Assembly: GCA_041660925.1 (NCBI GenBank)
Contig: JBAZVI010000003.1
Coordinates: 221,832-285,831, forward strand
Origin: Elusimicrobiota bacterium
GTDB lineage: Bacteria > Elusimicrobiota > Elusimicrobia > UBA1565
Length of the DNA: 64,000 nt
Direction of reading: 5' to 3'
Shown here: piece after piece, positions 1 to 11,244 of the stretch
How the letters are laid out: the number at the start of each line of letters is the position of its first letter
Position numbering within the stretch: the first letter of the stretch is position 1
Position numbers and translations under genes: made by a program
The notes under the pieces: model-generated
Seen by the model: only the letters and a program-made list of their open reading frames with translations
Database searches by the model: none
Told to the model about the DNA's origin: nothing

Positions 1-83
1 CGGCGTTCTCCTTCCTCGGGGCGGAGGGCTTCAAGGAGCACTCGCGTCGGGAAGCCGGTCAGATCCACGTCGAGAAATACTGG
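1..83 (+). CDS. C-terminal fragment of an unidentified protein (..AFSFLGAEGFKEHSRREAGQIHVEKYW*), gene starts upstream of the window
   Basis: Frame 3 reads a protein-like C-terminus ending at TAG 81..83; the other two frames look like GC noise. Confidence 0.25.
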
Positions 84-305
84 TAGACCTCCGCGGGGTC
101 AGACGTTAACTTTTGCAACTTATTATCCGACGCCCTGTCGCGGCATCCGGCGATCGGAGAGGGCTTCGGCGCTTCTGCGTCCGGGAATAAGTTTCATAAG
201 TTATGGTGCCTGACGCCGTGGGATGCGCAGCAAATGCAGGGCTCACACTATGGGATACGATCCACATTCGGAGAAGTTCCATCTCGCGAAGGGCGGTCTG
301 ATGAC

Positions 306-1211
306 ATGAGGACTGAAAGGAGCGCGACGGCGGCGGGGCTCGGGGCGCTGCTCCTGTGGTCCACCTCCATCGCGCTCATGCGCGGCATGAGCGAGCGCAG
401 CGGTCTCCTGACCGGGCCCATGTGCGCGTCCCTGCTCGGCGGCGTCGTCGGTCTTCTCTGGGCGCTCGCGCGGGGGACCTCCCCTGCGCGCATGCTGGGG
501 CTCGGCCGCCGCTACCTGCTCGGCTGCGGCGTCCTCTTCGTGCTCTGCAACGTGACTCTCTACCTCGCCATCGGGGCCTGCCGCGACCGCGCGCAGACCC
601 TGGTCGTCGGCCTCGTCAATTATCTGTGGCCCTCGCTGACCGTGGCGCTCTCGGTCCCGCTGCTCGGGCGCCGGGCGCGCGCCGGGCTCCCGTTCGGGCT
701 CGCGGCCGCCGTGGCCGGCACCGCGCTCGCGGTCCTTGGGGGCGGGGCGCTCGCGGGCGCCGACAACGCCTTCTGGGCCACGCCGCGCGGGCTTTTCGCG
801 CTCGCCATGGCCGCCGCCGCCGCGCTCACCTGGGGACTCTACTCCAACCTCGCGCGCCGCTGGGGCGACCCGGAGCGCGGCGCGGTGCCGCTCTTCGCGC
901 TGGCCACCGCGGGAGCGCTCGGCTTCCTGCTGCTCCTGCGGCCGGAGACCGTGGTCTGGAGCGCGCGGGGGGCCGCCGAGGTCGCCGTCATGGGCGTCGC
1001 CTCTCTGGCCGGCGCATACGCGCTCTGGGACCTCGGCATGCGGCGCGGCGACCATGCTCTTCTGGGGGTGGCCAGCTACTTCGTCCCGGTGGCCTCCACC
1101 GCCGTCTCGGCCCTCTACCTGGGGGTGCGGCCGGGCTGGAACGTTCTCGCCGGCTGCGCGCTCGTGGTGCTTGGTGCCTGGCTTTCGAAGAGCGCATTGC
1201 TCGAGTCCTGA
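306..1211 (+). CDS. DMT/EamA-family membrane transporter (about 10 TM helices)
   Basis: ORF 234..1211 is hydrophobic throughout with EamA-like paired 5-TM halves; the antisense 332-aa ORF is R/G/E junk. Start placed at MRTERSAT (M25); an alternative start is at 234. Confidence 0.6.
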   Translation: MRTERSATAAGLGALLLWSTSIALMRGMSERSGLLTGPMCASLLGGVVGLLWALARGTSPARMLGLGRRYLLGCGVLFVLCNVTLYLAIGACRDRAQTLVVGLVNYLWPSLTVALSVPLLGRRARAGLPFGLAAAVAGTALAVLGGGALAGADNAFWATPRGLFALAMAAAAALTWGLYSNLARRWGDPERGAVPLFALATAGALGFLLLLRPETVVWSARGAAEVAVMGVASLAGAYALWDLGMRRGDHALLGVASYFVPVASTAVSALYLGVRPGWNVLAGCALVVLGAWLSKSALLES

Positions 1212-1338
1212 GACACAGCTAAAAGAACGGGTGCCAGACACCGGAGGGGTCGCTTTTCATGGCTCCTTTCGGTCGGATAACTGCTATTCTGGATGAGGAC
1301 GGGGAAGGATTGCCGCGCGCCGTTCTTTCCCCCAGCGG

Positions 1339-2766
1339 ATGACTCCTTCTAACGCAGCCCTTCCCGACATCATCGTAGGCGGAATGGGCATCGACGTGTC
1401 CAGCGTCGAGCTCGTTTCGACCGTCGCCAATCACCCCTCCGGCCGCTGTTCCGGCAGCCTCTCCGCCACGGCCCTCCCCGAGGTGTACGCGCGCATCCTT
1501 CAGCTCGGCGACCCTGAAGGAAAGGTGCGCGAAGCCTTCGAGGCCTGCGGTCGCGCCGCGCCCGCGCTCGCCGCCGAGATCGACGCGCTCTACCGGCGCT
1601 TCCACATCGCCGGCGGCAAGGCCGCCGACGCCTTCTTCCGCGGGCCCTCCATGGCGGGGATGACCCCTCCGCGCGACGTCCAGATCCTGACGGTGGCCGC
1701 GACCTTCGCGCACGTCTGGCGCGCGAAGAAGGCCGCGCCCGGCCGGCCCATCGGCATCAACTTCCTTCGAAAGATCGACCGCATCCTCCTTTTCGGCATC
1801 TACGGCGCCATGCTCGGCCGCGCCGACTGGATCGTCATGGGCGCCGGCGACCCCGGCGACATCCCGGCCATCATGAACGCCTTCGCCCGCCACGAGCCCG
1901 CCGAGCTCGCCGTGCCCGTCGCCGCCGTCCCGCGCGGCACGCATCGCATCCGCTTCGACCCCAAAGACCTCGTCGGGAACATGGCGCCGCCGCCGCGTCC
2001 CGCCTTCTACGCCATCGTGAGCTCGCACCTGCAGGCGCGCGCGCTGGCGCTCTCGGCCGAGAAGCGGCCCGAGGGCTTCGTCATCGAGGGCCCCACCGCG
2101 GGCGGGCACAACGCCCCCCCCGTGAAGGGCGGACGCGACGCGCGCGGCTATTGCGTCTACGGGCCCGAGGACGACGCCGACCTCTCGGCCGTCGCGGCCC
2201 TCGGCCTTCCCTTCTGGATCGGCGGCTCCTGCGGCTACCCCGAGTGCCTCAAGGGCATGGGGCCGTGGCATCGGCGCATCCAGGTCGGCACGCTCTTCGC
2301 GCTCTCGAAGGAATCGGGGATGGCGCCGGAAGTGCGCCATCAGGTCCTCGAACTCATCTGGAAGCGCAGACTCGAGGTGGCGACGATGGCCAACGCCTCC
2401 CCCAGCATGTACCCCTTCAAGGTCGCGCTCGCGCCGGGCACCCTCGGCGACGACACCGTCTACGCCGCGCGCAAGCGCGTCTGCGACGTGGGCCACCTGC
2501 GCAGCTGGCGCTTCCACGGCGACGAGCTCGTCGGCCTCTGCCCGGCCAACGATCCCGAGCGCTACACCGGTTCCGGCGGGCCCGCCTGGCGCACGAAGGG
2601 CTCCATGTGCCTCTGCAACGGCCTGCTCGCCGCCCGCGGCCTGAGTCTCGAGGGCGAGACGCCCGTCGTCACGCTCGGAGACATCGGCTCGGTGCGCATC
2701 CTGCAGAACCGTCTGCGGCGCATCGAGTACACCGCCTCCGAAGCCGTCGACTACCTCCTGTCCTAG
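1339..2766 (+). CDS. Nitronate monooxygenase (NMO/2-nitropropane dioxygenase) family FMN oxidoreductase, long form
   Basis: N-terminal IIVGGMGIDVSS and the central GFVIEGPTAGGHN motif (NMO E-G-x-E-A-GGH signature); antisense ORFs are low-complexity. Confidence 0.55.
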   Translation: MTPSNAALPDIIVGGMGIDVSSVELVSTVANHPSGRCSGSLSATALPEVYARILQLGDPEGKVREAFEACGRAAPALAAEIDALYRRFHIAGGKAADAFFRGPSMAGMTPPRDVQILTVAATFAHVWRAKKAAPGRPIGINFLRKIDRILLFGIYGAMLGRADWIVMGAGDPGDIPAIMNAFARHEPAELAVPVAAVPRGTHRIRFDPKDLVGNMAPPPRPAFYAIVSSHLQARALALSAEKRPEGFVIEGPTAGGHNAPPVKGGRDARGYCVYGPEDDADLSAVAALGLPFWIGGSCGYPECLKGMGPWHRRIQVGTLFALSKESGMAPEVRHQVLELIWKRRLEVATMANASPSMYPFKVALAPGTLGDDTVYAARKRVCDVGHLRSWRFHGDELVGLCPANDPERYTGSGGPAWRTKGSMCLCNGLLAARGLSLEGETPVVTLGDIGSVRILQNRLRRIEYTASEAVDYLLS

Positions 2767-2928
2767 TCGGGGATTCCTTCAGTCGAGATCGTTGCCGTGC
2801 ACCGTTCCAGCGGGCGGGTGGGCGGTGGCGCCTGGCAGCAGGTTCGGCTCGGAGAACGTCGAAAGACCGAACCGGCTGCCGCCGGATCCTCGTCCTAAGC
2901 TGTCATGGGCCGATCCAGGAGGAGTTCG

Positions 2929-3357
2929 ATGAGCTTATCGAAGGACTATTTCCGGCGTTCGATCCTGCTCGCGGCGTTCCTCGCCGTCGCCGCGCCCGCC
3001 GGCACGCCGCTCGCCGAGCCGGGCAAGCGCGCCGCGCCGGCGCCCGTCGTGCTGAGCGCGTACGACCGCATCCAGTACGCGGCGGACACCGGCGAGCTGA
3101 CGCGCAAGGAGGCCGTCCTGCTGACGGCCGAGCTCCTCTTCATCCCCTCCCTCATCCCCAAGGATTCCAAGTTCGCCCTCAAGGCGGGCGACGTCCTGAC
3201 GCGTGAAGAGGGGGCGACCGGATTCTACAAGGACGTTCACCGGGTCTTCGCCCAGCTCGACGCGCAGGAGCGCCGCTTCCTGAGGGGCCTCAGTCCTTCC
3301 CTGGAAGCCATCATCTCGACGAAGGAACAGGAAGAGAAGGCCGCGCGGAAGAAGTAG
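2929..3357 (+). CDS. Small secreted hypothetical protein (signal peptide LLAAFLAVAAPAG)
   Basis: ORF 2905..3357; the internal ATG at 2929 is preceded by AGGAGG (ccaggaggagttcgATG); cleavable signal peptide; composition rich in K/E/F/Y. Confidence 0.5.
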   Translation: MSLSKDYFRRSILLAAFLAVAAPAGTPLAEPGKRAAPAPVVLSAYDRIQYAADTGELTRKEAVLLTAELLFIPSLIPKDSKFALKAGDVLTREEGATGFYKDVHRVFAQLDAQERRFLRGLSPSLEAIISTKEQEEKAARKK

Positions 3358-3399
3358 CTCCACCCTCCCCGCCCACCGCGGCGGTGCGCGGCGGCTTTC

Positions 3400-6300
3400 C
3401 TAGTCGACGACGCTGAAGAGGTCTTCGGGCTGCGCCTGGAGGAGGCCGTCGGCGGCGAGGCGGTCGTACTGCGCGAGGAGGCCGGCGAAGAAGTCCCGGC
3501 CGACGAGGCGGATGTCCATCTTCGGCGCCTTGCCCCGGTACTTGTTGAGCGCGATGAGCCGGGTCGCTTCCTTGAGCGCGTCGGGGCCGGGCGTCACGAC
3601 GTAGGCGTCCCCTTCCCGGCGGACGGAGCTTCCCCCCGCCGCTTTGCGCTTCGCGGGCGCGATCTTGAGCGGCGTCCCGACCAGGGCGAGGATCTCGTCG
3701 GCCGAGTCGACGACCGAGAAGAGCTCCTCGGGGCGGTGCGCGAGCAGGCCCTGCGCGTGGGCCCGTGCATACTGCTCGCTCAAGCCGCGGTAGTACTCCT
3801 TGCCGACGAGGATGATGCGCTTGGGCGCGGCGCCGAGGTCGTTGCCGTCGATGAGCGCCGAGACCTCCTCGAGCGACGAGGCGCCGCCGGGGAACAGGAG
3901 GAAGTGGTCCGAGGCCTTCGCGAACTGCCCGACGCGGGCGCTCTCGGACTCGGCGGTGCCGATGGCGCGGGAGCGGACGATGTCCTCGTCGCCCCAGGTC
4001 GGGATGCGGACGATGGCGAGGTTCTCCCCCGGCACGACGCCCTCGCGCGGCTTCTCCTGGGAGCCGACGGCCGCGGCCTCGAAGGCCGCGCCCATGACGC
4101 CGGCGTTCCCGCAGCCGGAGAGGATGTTGTAGCCGCGGGCGATGAGCTCGGCGGCCACCTTCGCCGCGACGGCCATGGCGGCGAGGATCTTCTCGTCGGT
4201 GCGCGAGCTGCCCAGCACGGTCACGGTCATCGCGCGCGAGGCGTGCGCTGCGTAGCGCTCGTCGAAGGCCGGGATGTCGGCGAAGGTCTTGGGGCGGGGC
4301 GCGTCCACGGAGGGCCTCCAGGCGCCGGTCTTCCAGGCGGCCTTCACGCGGTCGGCGGCGGCCCACCACGCGTCGAGCGATTCCCAGCGGCCGGTCTTCG
4401 CGTCTTTCTCGACGGGGACCGAGAGGGTCTCCACGGCGAAGCGCGGGTCTGCGAGCGAGCCGCCCAGCTCGGCCAGGTCCCAGACGAGCTCCTTCTCTCG
4501 GATGCGGTCCCAAGCCCGCCAGCCGGTCCAGATGTAGGCGCGGTTCTCCATCACGCGCAGGTATTCGTCCGTGTCCGCCGGGCGGCCGAGGATGTCCTTC
4601 GGGCGCTTCGCGATGAGCGCTTTGTTCAGCGGCAGGCGCATCTTCACGAGGGTCAGCGTGCGCGGGGTGGCCCAGGAGATCTGGCGGGTGAGGTAGCTGA
4701 GGGCCGTCTTGGGGTCGAGCGTCGTGAAGATATGGGAGCCGAAGCGGCCCGCTTCGTCGGGCTCGGCGTAGTCGTCGTAGTGCATGTCGCCCATCGTGCC
4801 CGAGGCCTTGGCCGAGTTCAGGCCGCCGCGCAGGCCGCGATAGACCGTCACGTAGGGTTCGCCGTCGACGTATTCGATGCGGGTCGGGGAGAAGGGGAGG
4901 AGGAAGCGGAGGGAGGGGCCGGCGGGCGTCTTGAGAGCGGCCTGTTCGGGCGGCGCGGGTCCGGATCTCGACGCGCCCTTGCGCATCAGAAGGCCGATCG
5001 TGAGCGCGGCGAGCGCGCTGACCGCGACGTTGACGCCGAAGAGGATGGCCGGCATCGTGAGCACGGCGCCCACGGCAGGGAAGAGGCGCGAGGCGCTCAC
5101 GGCCATGAAGATGGGCAGCATCGCGGCGATGCTCGCCGTCATCATCCACTTCGAGAGGTTGCGGTACTTGTCCTGGGGGAGCTTCTCGGAGTAGTAGGTC
5201 ATCCACTTGTTCGAGTTGATGGTGATGAGCCCGCCCAGGAGCCCCGCCAGCGCGAAGGTGAGCATCGGCAGTTGGAGGAAGGTGGACCAGACGAAGGCGG
5301 TCGCCGCGAGCGCGCCGAGCACGGTCCAGCCCTTGCGGCCCAGCGCCTTCTCGGGCAGGAAGGCGAGGGTGGCGAGCAGGCCCGCGAGCCAGCTCCCCCC
5401 GTCGTAGAGTCCGATCATCGTCCCGGCGGCCGAGGGCGCCGAGAACACGCTCAGCGCCAGCACCGTCGCGAGCACGCCGTAGACCATGAAGTGCATGAAG
5501 CGGAAGAAGGCGTAGGGCAGGTACTCCCCCCAGGAGAGCCGGGAGCCTTCCTGCGCCGAAGGCTTCGACTCGGCCCCCTCCTTGGGCGCGGGAGCGGGCT
5601 TCGTCCAGGGCTCCTTGAACTTGAGGGAGGCGTAAAGAGCCGTCGAGAGGCCGATGCCGATGCTCGAGACCACCATCATCGCCGGTCCGCCCAGGAGGTT
5701 GAGCAGCGGCACCGCGGCGAAGAGGGCCATGACGATGCAGGCGACCTCGACCCACTGGTAGGCGTAGTTGAGGCCGAGCTCGAGCTTCGCGGGGTTCTGG
5801 TTGCCGATGATCATGCGCGGAAGGAGGTTCTCGGCGACGCCGCGGTTGACGCCGTAGACGAGGCCGCCGACGATGGAGTTGGCGAGGAAGAGCCCGAACA
5901 TCACGGCGTTCGTCGCTCCGAGCGCCGCGGCGATGGGGATGGGGAGGCCGGAGACGGCGAGCGCGAGGATGGCGGCGACGTTGACCCACTTCGGGTTGAA
6001 GCGGGCCATGAAGGCCGAGCCCATCCAGGCGCCGGCGACGCGCATGACGTAGCCGATGCCCGCGATCATGAGCGCGGCGGGCAGGCCGAAGAGCGATGCG
6101 GTGAACAGCGGCAGGGCCACCGCCTGCACCTCCTGCGCCATCGCGTTGACGGTCCAGGCCGGGACGAACCCGAGGTGGAAGGAGCGCGGCAGCATGCGCA
6201 GGCGGCCGAGGGCGCCCGCGCGCTGGAAGTCGATGCGGTCGACCCAGTCCTCGGCGAGGGTGCGGCCCTCGCTCGAATCGTGGCCGTAGAGTCCGTCCTG

Positions 6301-8295
6301 GACGACGATCCGGCCGTTCTCCGTATCGATCTCGAAGCGCACGCCCTTGAGGAGCTCGTAGAGGCGGTCGCGCGCGGAGGCCTCGTCCTTGCCGCGGACG
6401 GTGATGTTGCCGAGGAGGTCGCCCTCGCCGACCTTGGCGCCCGGCTGGAGGAAGAGCTCGGAGAGGAAGACGGCTCCCCCCTCCTTCGGGAGGCCCTGCA
6501 CGCTCTTGAGCGTGCCGGCGGCCTTCGCGATGAAGAAGCGGTGCTGGAGGAGGACCGGCTCGCCGCGCGGCTCGGGGCGGCTCTCGAGCGAGAAGGCCGC
6601 GAGCAGGCCCTCGCGCATGACGTCCACCCCGTAGGATTCCTTGAGGCTCGCCCAGATGTCGGCGCCGCCCATGCGGGCGTTGATCTCGACGATGGGCGCG
6701 GCGAGCTTCCCGCCCACCAGCGTGAGGATGGCCTCGACGTGCGCGTTGCCGGTCTTGAGGCCGACGGCGTCGAGGGACTTGAGGGCCTGGGCGCGGGCGA
6801 GCTCTTCCATCTCCTTCGGCAGCCGCAGGCCGTAGGTCGTGCCGCGCTCCTGGTTCCCGAGGGCGGGCGGGTTGTAGCTCACGGAGGTGAAGACGGCCTT
6901 GCCTTCGCGCACGACGACCTCGACATCGGTCATGAGCCCGTCGGGGATCTGCGCCTCGAAGAGCACCGGGGGCTTCTCGTCGACCTGCTTGCTGCGGGCC
7001 TTGCGCGGGTCCGTGCGGGCGAGCTCGTCGATCTTCCCCTCGATGTCGCGGAAGGCGGCCTCGGCGGCCTCCGGGCTGTCGATGTCCAGCGTCACGCCCC
7101 AGCCGCCGCCGCCCGAGTCGGGCTTGGCCACGGCCTTCTCGAAGCCGGCGGCCTTGATCTTCTTGAAGGCCTCGCGGGCCTCGGCCGCGCTGTGCGCCTG
7201 GAAGGCGGGCAGGTGGAGGCTCGGGTCGCCGTAGGCGTTCATGAGTTCGCGGGCCCGGATCTTCGAATGCGCGGCGCTCACGGCCTCCGGCGAGAAGCCG
7301 GGGACCCCGAGCCCCTCGGCCAGTTCGGCCTCGAGCTGGGCGTAGGCGTTGAGGTAGGTCTTCACCGCGTCGATGCGGCGGGTCTTCGCGATGCCCTTCG
7401 CCTGCTCCACGATCGCGCGCAGGTTGTCGGCGGAGTGGCCGCCGACGTCGGCGGAGTAGTAGTTGCCGGGGAGGATCCCCTTCGAGACGGCGAAGTCCTT
7501 CTGGTCCGGGTAGCCGAGGACGAGGAGCTCGAAGCCGAGCTCTTTCGAGAGCGCCGCCATGTGCTCGTAGAGGTAGTCGCGGCCGCCGACCTTGGAGACG
7601 ACGTAGAGCAAGGATTTCCCCGCGAGCGGCTTGTCCGCGGGCAAGGCCGGGGACAGCGAGGAGCGCTTCCGCCCGTTCGTGCCCGAGACATCGAGGACAG
7701 GCTCTTCGGTGGAGCCTGTCCTTCCGCGGCCTTCGAAGAGAAGTCCGGTCGCCGCGCGGGTCTTCTCCGTCCCCGCGCCGGGCTCGGCGAGGGTCTCGGA
7801 GACCTCGGTCTGGCCGGTCTTCGTCGTTTCAAGGACGGAGACCGGAGCCTTCTTGTCGGAGGAGGCCTTGGCGGGAAGGATCGCGTCCTTCGCCGGGAGC
7901 GGGAGGGACTTCGATGCTTCGGCTGCCGGGATGATCGCGGCGTTCGCGGCCGGGGTCTTGAGGGTCGCAGCGGCCGCGGCGCTCTGGACCGTCGGCTGGA
8001 CGGAGGGCGGGGTCGGGAGGGCGAGCCCGTTGGTGAGCGGCGCGATGTTCGGAGCCGCGAGCGGTGCGAGCTGGACCGACGGCGCGACCGCGGTCGGTAC
8101 GACGGGGGTCCCCGCGGTCGTCGCCGATTGGGCGGAGCTGGCCGCGGCCTGACAGAACGCCTCCCCTGATAAGGAAAGGACCAGGCAGGCCGAGAGGAGC
8201 GCGGCGAAGCCCTTCTTCAGTTCACGCACGATATGAAGGATAGCCCCCCGCCCGGATTCCAGCAAGGGGTCGAAGGGGCAGGGAGCATGGGCCAT
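3400..8295 (-). CDS. Giant multidomain fusion protein: N-terminal hydrophobic segment + Ala/Pro/Thr-rich linker, ATP-grasp ligase domain, 12-TM MFS transporter domain, unknown domain (about 250 aa), LOG-family (TIGR00730-like) domain, partially duplicated LOG C-terminal segment
   Basis: A single uninterrupted 1631-codon frame. ATP-grasp motifs AVAKPDSGGGGWGVTL and EINARMGGA. Long hydrophobic block with MFS-like helices. LOG motifs VTVLGSSR, GCGNAGVMGA and PGGASSLEEV. The opposite-strand 1477-aa and 892-aa ORFs are compositional junk. Confidence 0.6.
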   Translation of the reverse strand: MAHAPCPFDPLLESGRGAILHIVRELKKGFAALLSACLVLSLSGEAFCQAAASSAQSATTAGTPVVPTAVAPSVQLAPLAAPNIAPLTNGLALPTPPSVQPTVQSAAAAATLKTPAANAAIIPAAEASKSLPLPAKDAILPAKASSDKKAPVSVLETTKTGQTEVSETLAEPGAGTEKTRAATGLLFEGRGRTGSTEEPVLDVSGTNGRKRSSLSPALPADKPLAGKSLLYVVSKVGGRDYLYEHMAALSKELGFELLVLGYPDQKDFAVSKGILPGNYYSADVGGHSADNLRAIVEQAKGIAKTRRIDAVKTYLNAYAQLEAELAEGLGVPGFSPEAVSAAHSKIRARELMNAYGDPSLHLPAFQAHSAAEAREAFKKIKAAGFEKAVAKPDSGGGGWGVTLDIDSPEAAEAAFRDIEGKIDELARTDPRKARSKQVDEKPPVLFEAQIPDGLMTDVEVVVREGKAVFTSVSYNPPALGNQERGTTYGLRLPKEMEELARAQALKSLDAVGLKTGNAHVEAILTLVGGKLAAPIVEINARMGGADIWASLKESYGVDVMREGLLAAFSLESRPEPRGEPVLLQHRFFIAKAAGTLKSVQGLPKEGGAVFLSELFLQPGAKVGEGDLLGNITVRGKDEASARDRLYELLKGVRFEIDTENGRIVVQDGLYGHDSSEGRTLAEDWVDRIDFQRAGALGRLRMLPRSFHLGFVPAWTVNAMAQEVQAVALPLFTASLFGLPAALMIAGIGYVMRVAGAWMGSAFMARFNPKWVNVAAILALAVSGLPIPIAAALGATNAVMFGLFLANSIVGGLVYGVNRGVAENLLPRMIIGNQNPAKLELGLNYAYQWVEVACIVMALFAAVPLLNLLGGPAMMVVSSIGIGLSTALYASLKFKEPWTKPAPAPKEGAESKPSAQEGSRLSWGEYLPYAFFRFMHFMVYGVLATVLALSVFSAPSAAGTMIGLYDGGSWLAGLLATLAFLPEKALGRKGWTVLGALAATAFVWSTFLQLPMLTFALAGLLGGLITINSNKWMTYYSEKLPQDKYRNLSKWMMTASIAAMLPIFMAVSASRLFPAVGAVLTMPAILFGVNVAVSALAALTIGLLMRKGASRSGPAPPEQAALKTPAGPSLRFLLPFSPTRIEYVDGEPYVTVYRGLRGGLNSAKASGTMGDMHYDDYAEPDEAGRFGSHIFTTLDPKTALSYLTRQISWATPRTLTLVKMRLPLNKALIAKRPKDILGRPADTDEYLRVMENRAYIWTGWRAWDRIREKELVWDLAELGGSLADPRFAVETLSVPVEKDAKTGRWESLDAWWAAADRVKAAWKTGAWRPSVDAPRPKTFADIPAFDERYAAHASRAMTVTVLGSSRTDEKILAAMAVAAKVAAELIARGYNILSGCGNAGVMGAAFEAAAVGSQEKPREGVVPGENLAIVRIPTWGDEDIVRSRAIGTAESESARVGQFAKASDHFLLFPGGASSLEEVSALIDGNDLGAAPKRIILVGKEYYRGLSEQYARAHAQGLLAHRPEELFSVVDSADEILALVGTPLKIAPAKRKAAGGSSVRREGDAYVVTPGPDALKEATRLIALNKYRGKAPKMDIRLVGRDFFAGLLAQYDRLAADGLLQAQPEDLFSVVD

Positions 8296-8370
8296 AGGGT
8301 CTATGCATAAACGTTCCCATTGTGCCTGTTCCCCGCAGCGAAACGTGAAAGGTGTGGGGCAGCCCCCTCT

Positions 8371-8780
8371 TCAGGGGGTCGCGGGCGGCGGCGGCAGGAC
8401 CTTCGCGATCTTGGCGAGCACGGCCTTCATCTCGAAGGGCTTCACGATGTAGTCGCGCGCGCCGAGCGAGAGGCACTGCTCGACGGTGTCGAAGCGGTCC
8501 TGGGCGGAGCACATGATGATGGGGACGTCCTTGAGGCGCGGATCCTTGCGGATGTTCGCGATGCACTCGGGCCCGGTGAGCTGCGGCATGTTGACGTCGA
8601 GGAGGATGAGGTCGGGGACCTCGGAGGCCGCGATGCGGACCGCCTGCGCGCCGTCGGCCGCCTCGACGACCCGCCAGCCCTGGGACTCGAGCAGGTTCCC
8701 GAGCAGGCCGCGGATGACCACGTCGTCGTCGGCGACGAGGACGGTCCGCTGCCCCTTCTTCTTCCCGAAGAACCAGCCCA

Positions 8781-8781
<1 letters not shown>
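8371..8781 (-). CDS. Single-domain response regulator (CheY-like receiver, 136 aa)
   Basis: C-terminal 136 aa of ORF 8371..10209 read MGWFFGKKKGQRTVLVADDD..LILLDVNMPQLTG..KPF (receiver D-D-K signature); the rest of that ORF is R-rich junk. ATG overlaps the OPT gene stop (ATGA). Confidence 0.8.
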
Positions 8782-10718
<1,937 letters not shown>

Positions 10719-10730
10719 GTCGGTCTCCCC

Positions 10731-10759
10731 GTCGGGAATCCTTGACGGGGATTCCCGAC
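10731..10759. repeat. Palindromic element GTCGGGAATCC-ttgacgg-GGATTCCCGAC (11-bp perfect arms); second copy at 47021..47048
   Basis: Read directly from the sequence; it sits 13 nt upstream of the OPT start codon and downstream of the receiver gene stop. Confidence 0.7.
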
Positions 10760-10839
10760 CTGTCTACAAAAGTTGTTTCCGGCGCCTGGAATGACTTGCT
10801 GAAACCGTCCTGCGAAACGCCGCTGCGTTTCGCAGGCTA

Positions 10840-11244
10840 TTATACACCGTCTCCCTTCCTCTCCGGCGGCGCCGTGAGCAGCTCGCGGATGCGGCCGAGG
10901 AGCTGCTCGGGCGTGAAGGGCTTGGAGATCCACGCGTCCCCGCCCGCGCTGACGCTCTCCTTGAAGGACTCCTCGGGGTTCATGGCGGTCATGAAGAGCA
11001 CCGGGGTCGTCCGCGTCTCCGCGCGCTCGCGCAGTTGCCGGCAGACCTCGAAGCCGCTGATGCCGGGCAGGAGGATGTCGAGGAGGATGAGGGCCGGGCG
11101 CAGCGCGACGGCGCGCTCGAGGGTGTCCTCCCCGTAGGCGAGGGGCTGGACGCGGTAGTCGTTCTTCAGGGTCCCCGCGAGGGCCTCGCGGATCCCCAGG
11201 TCGTCGTCGATGACGAGGATGAGGGGGCGGATGTCGTCGTTCAT
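10840..11244 (-). CDS. Single-domain response regulator (CheY-like receiver, 134 aa)
   Basis: C-terminal part of ORF 10840..13134 reads MNDDIRPLILVIDDD..LILLDILLPGISG..SKPF; ATG overlaps the stop of the radical SAM gene (ATGA). Confidence 0.8.
   Translation of the reverse strand: MNDDIRPLILVIDDDLGIREALAGTLKNDYRVQPLAYGEDTLERAVALRPALILLDILLPGISGFEVCRQLRERAETRTTPVLFMTAMNPEESFKESVSAGGDAWISKPFTPEQLLGRIRELLTAPPERKGDGV

Noticed and set aside
3311-5989. 892-aa minus-strand ORF in another frame of the same region
   Set aside because: Arg/Pro/Gly-rich low complexity; overlaps the well-supported frame
3736-8169. 1477-aa plus-strand ORF antisense to the giant fusion gene
   Set aside because: Composition is almost entirely G/R/E/D/A/L with no domain-like segments; a typical antisense open frame in 70% GC DNA
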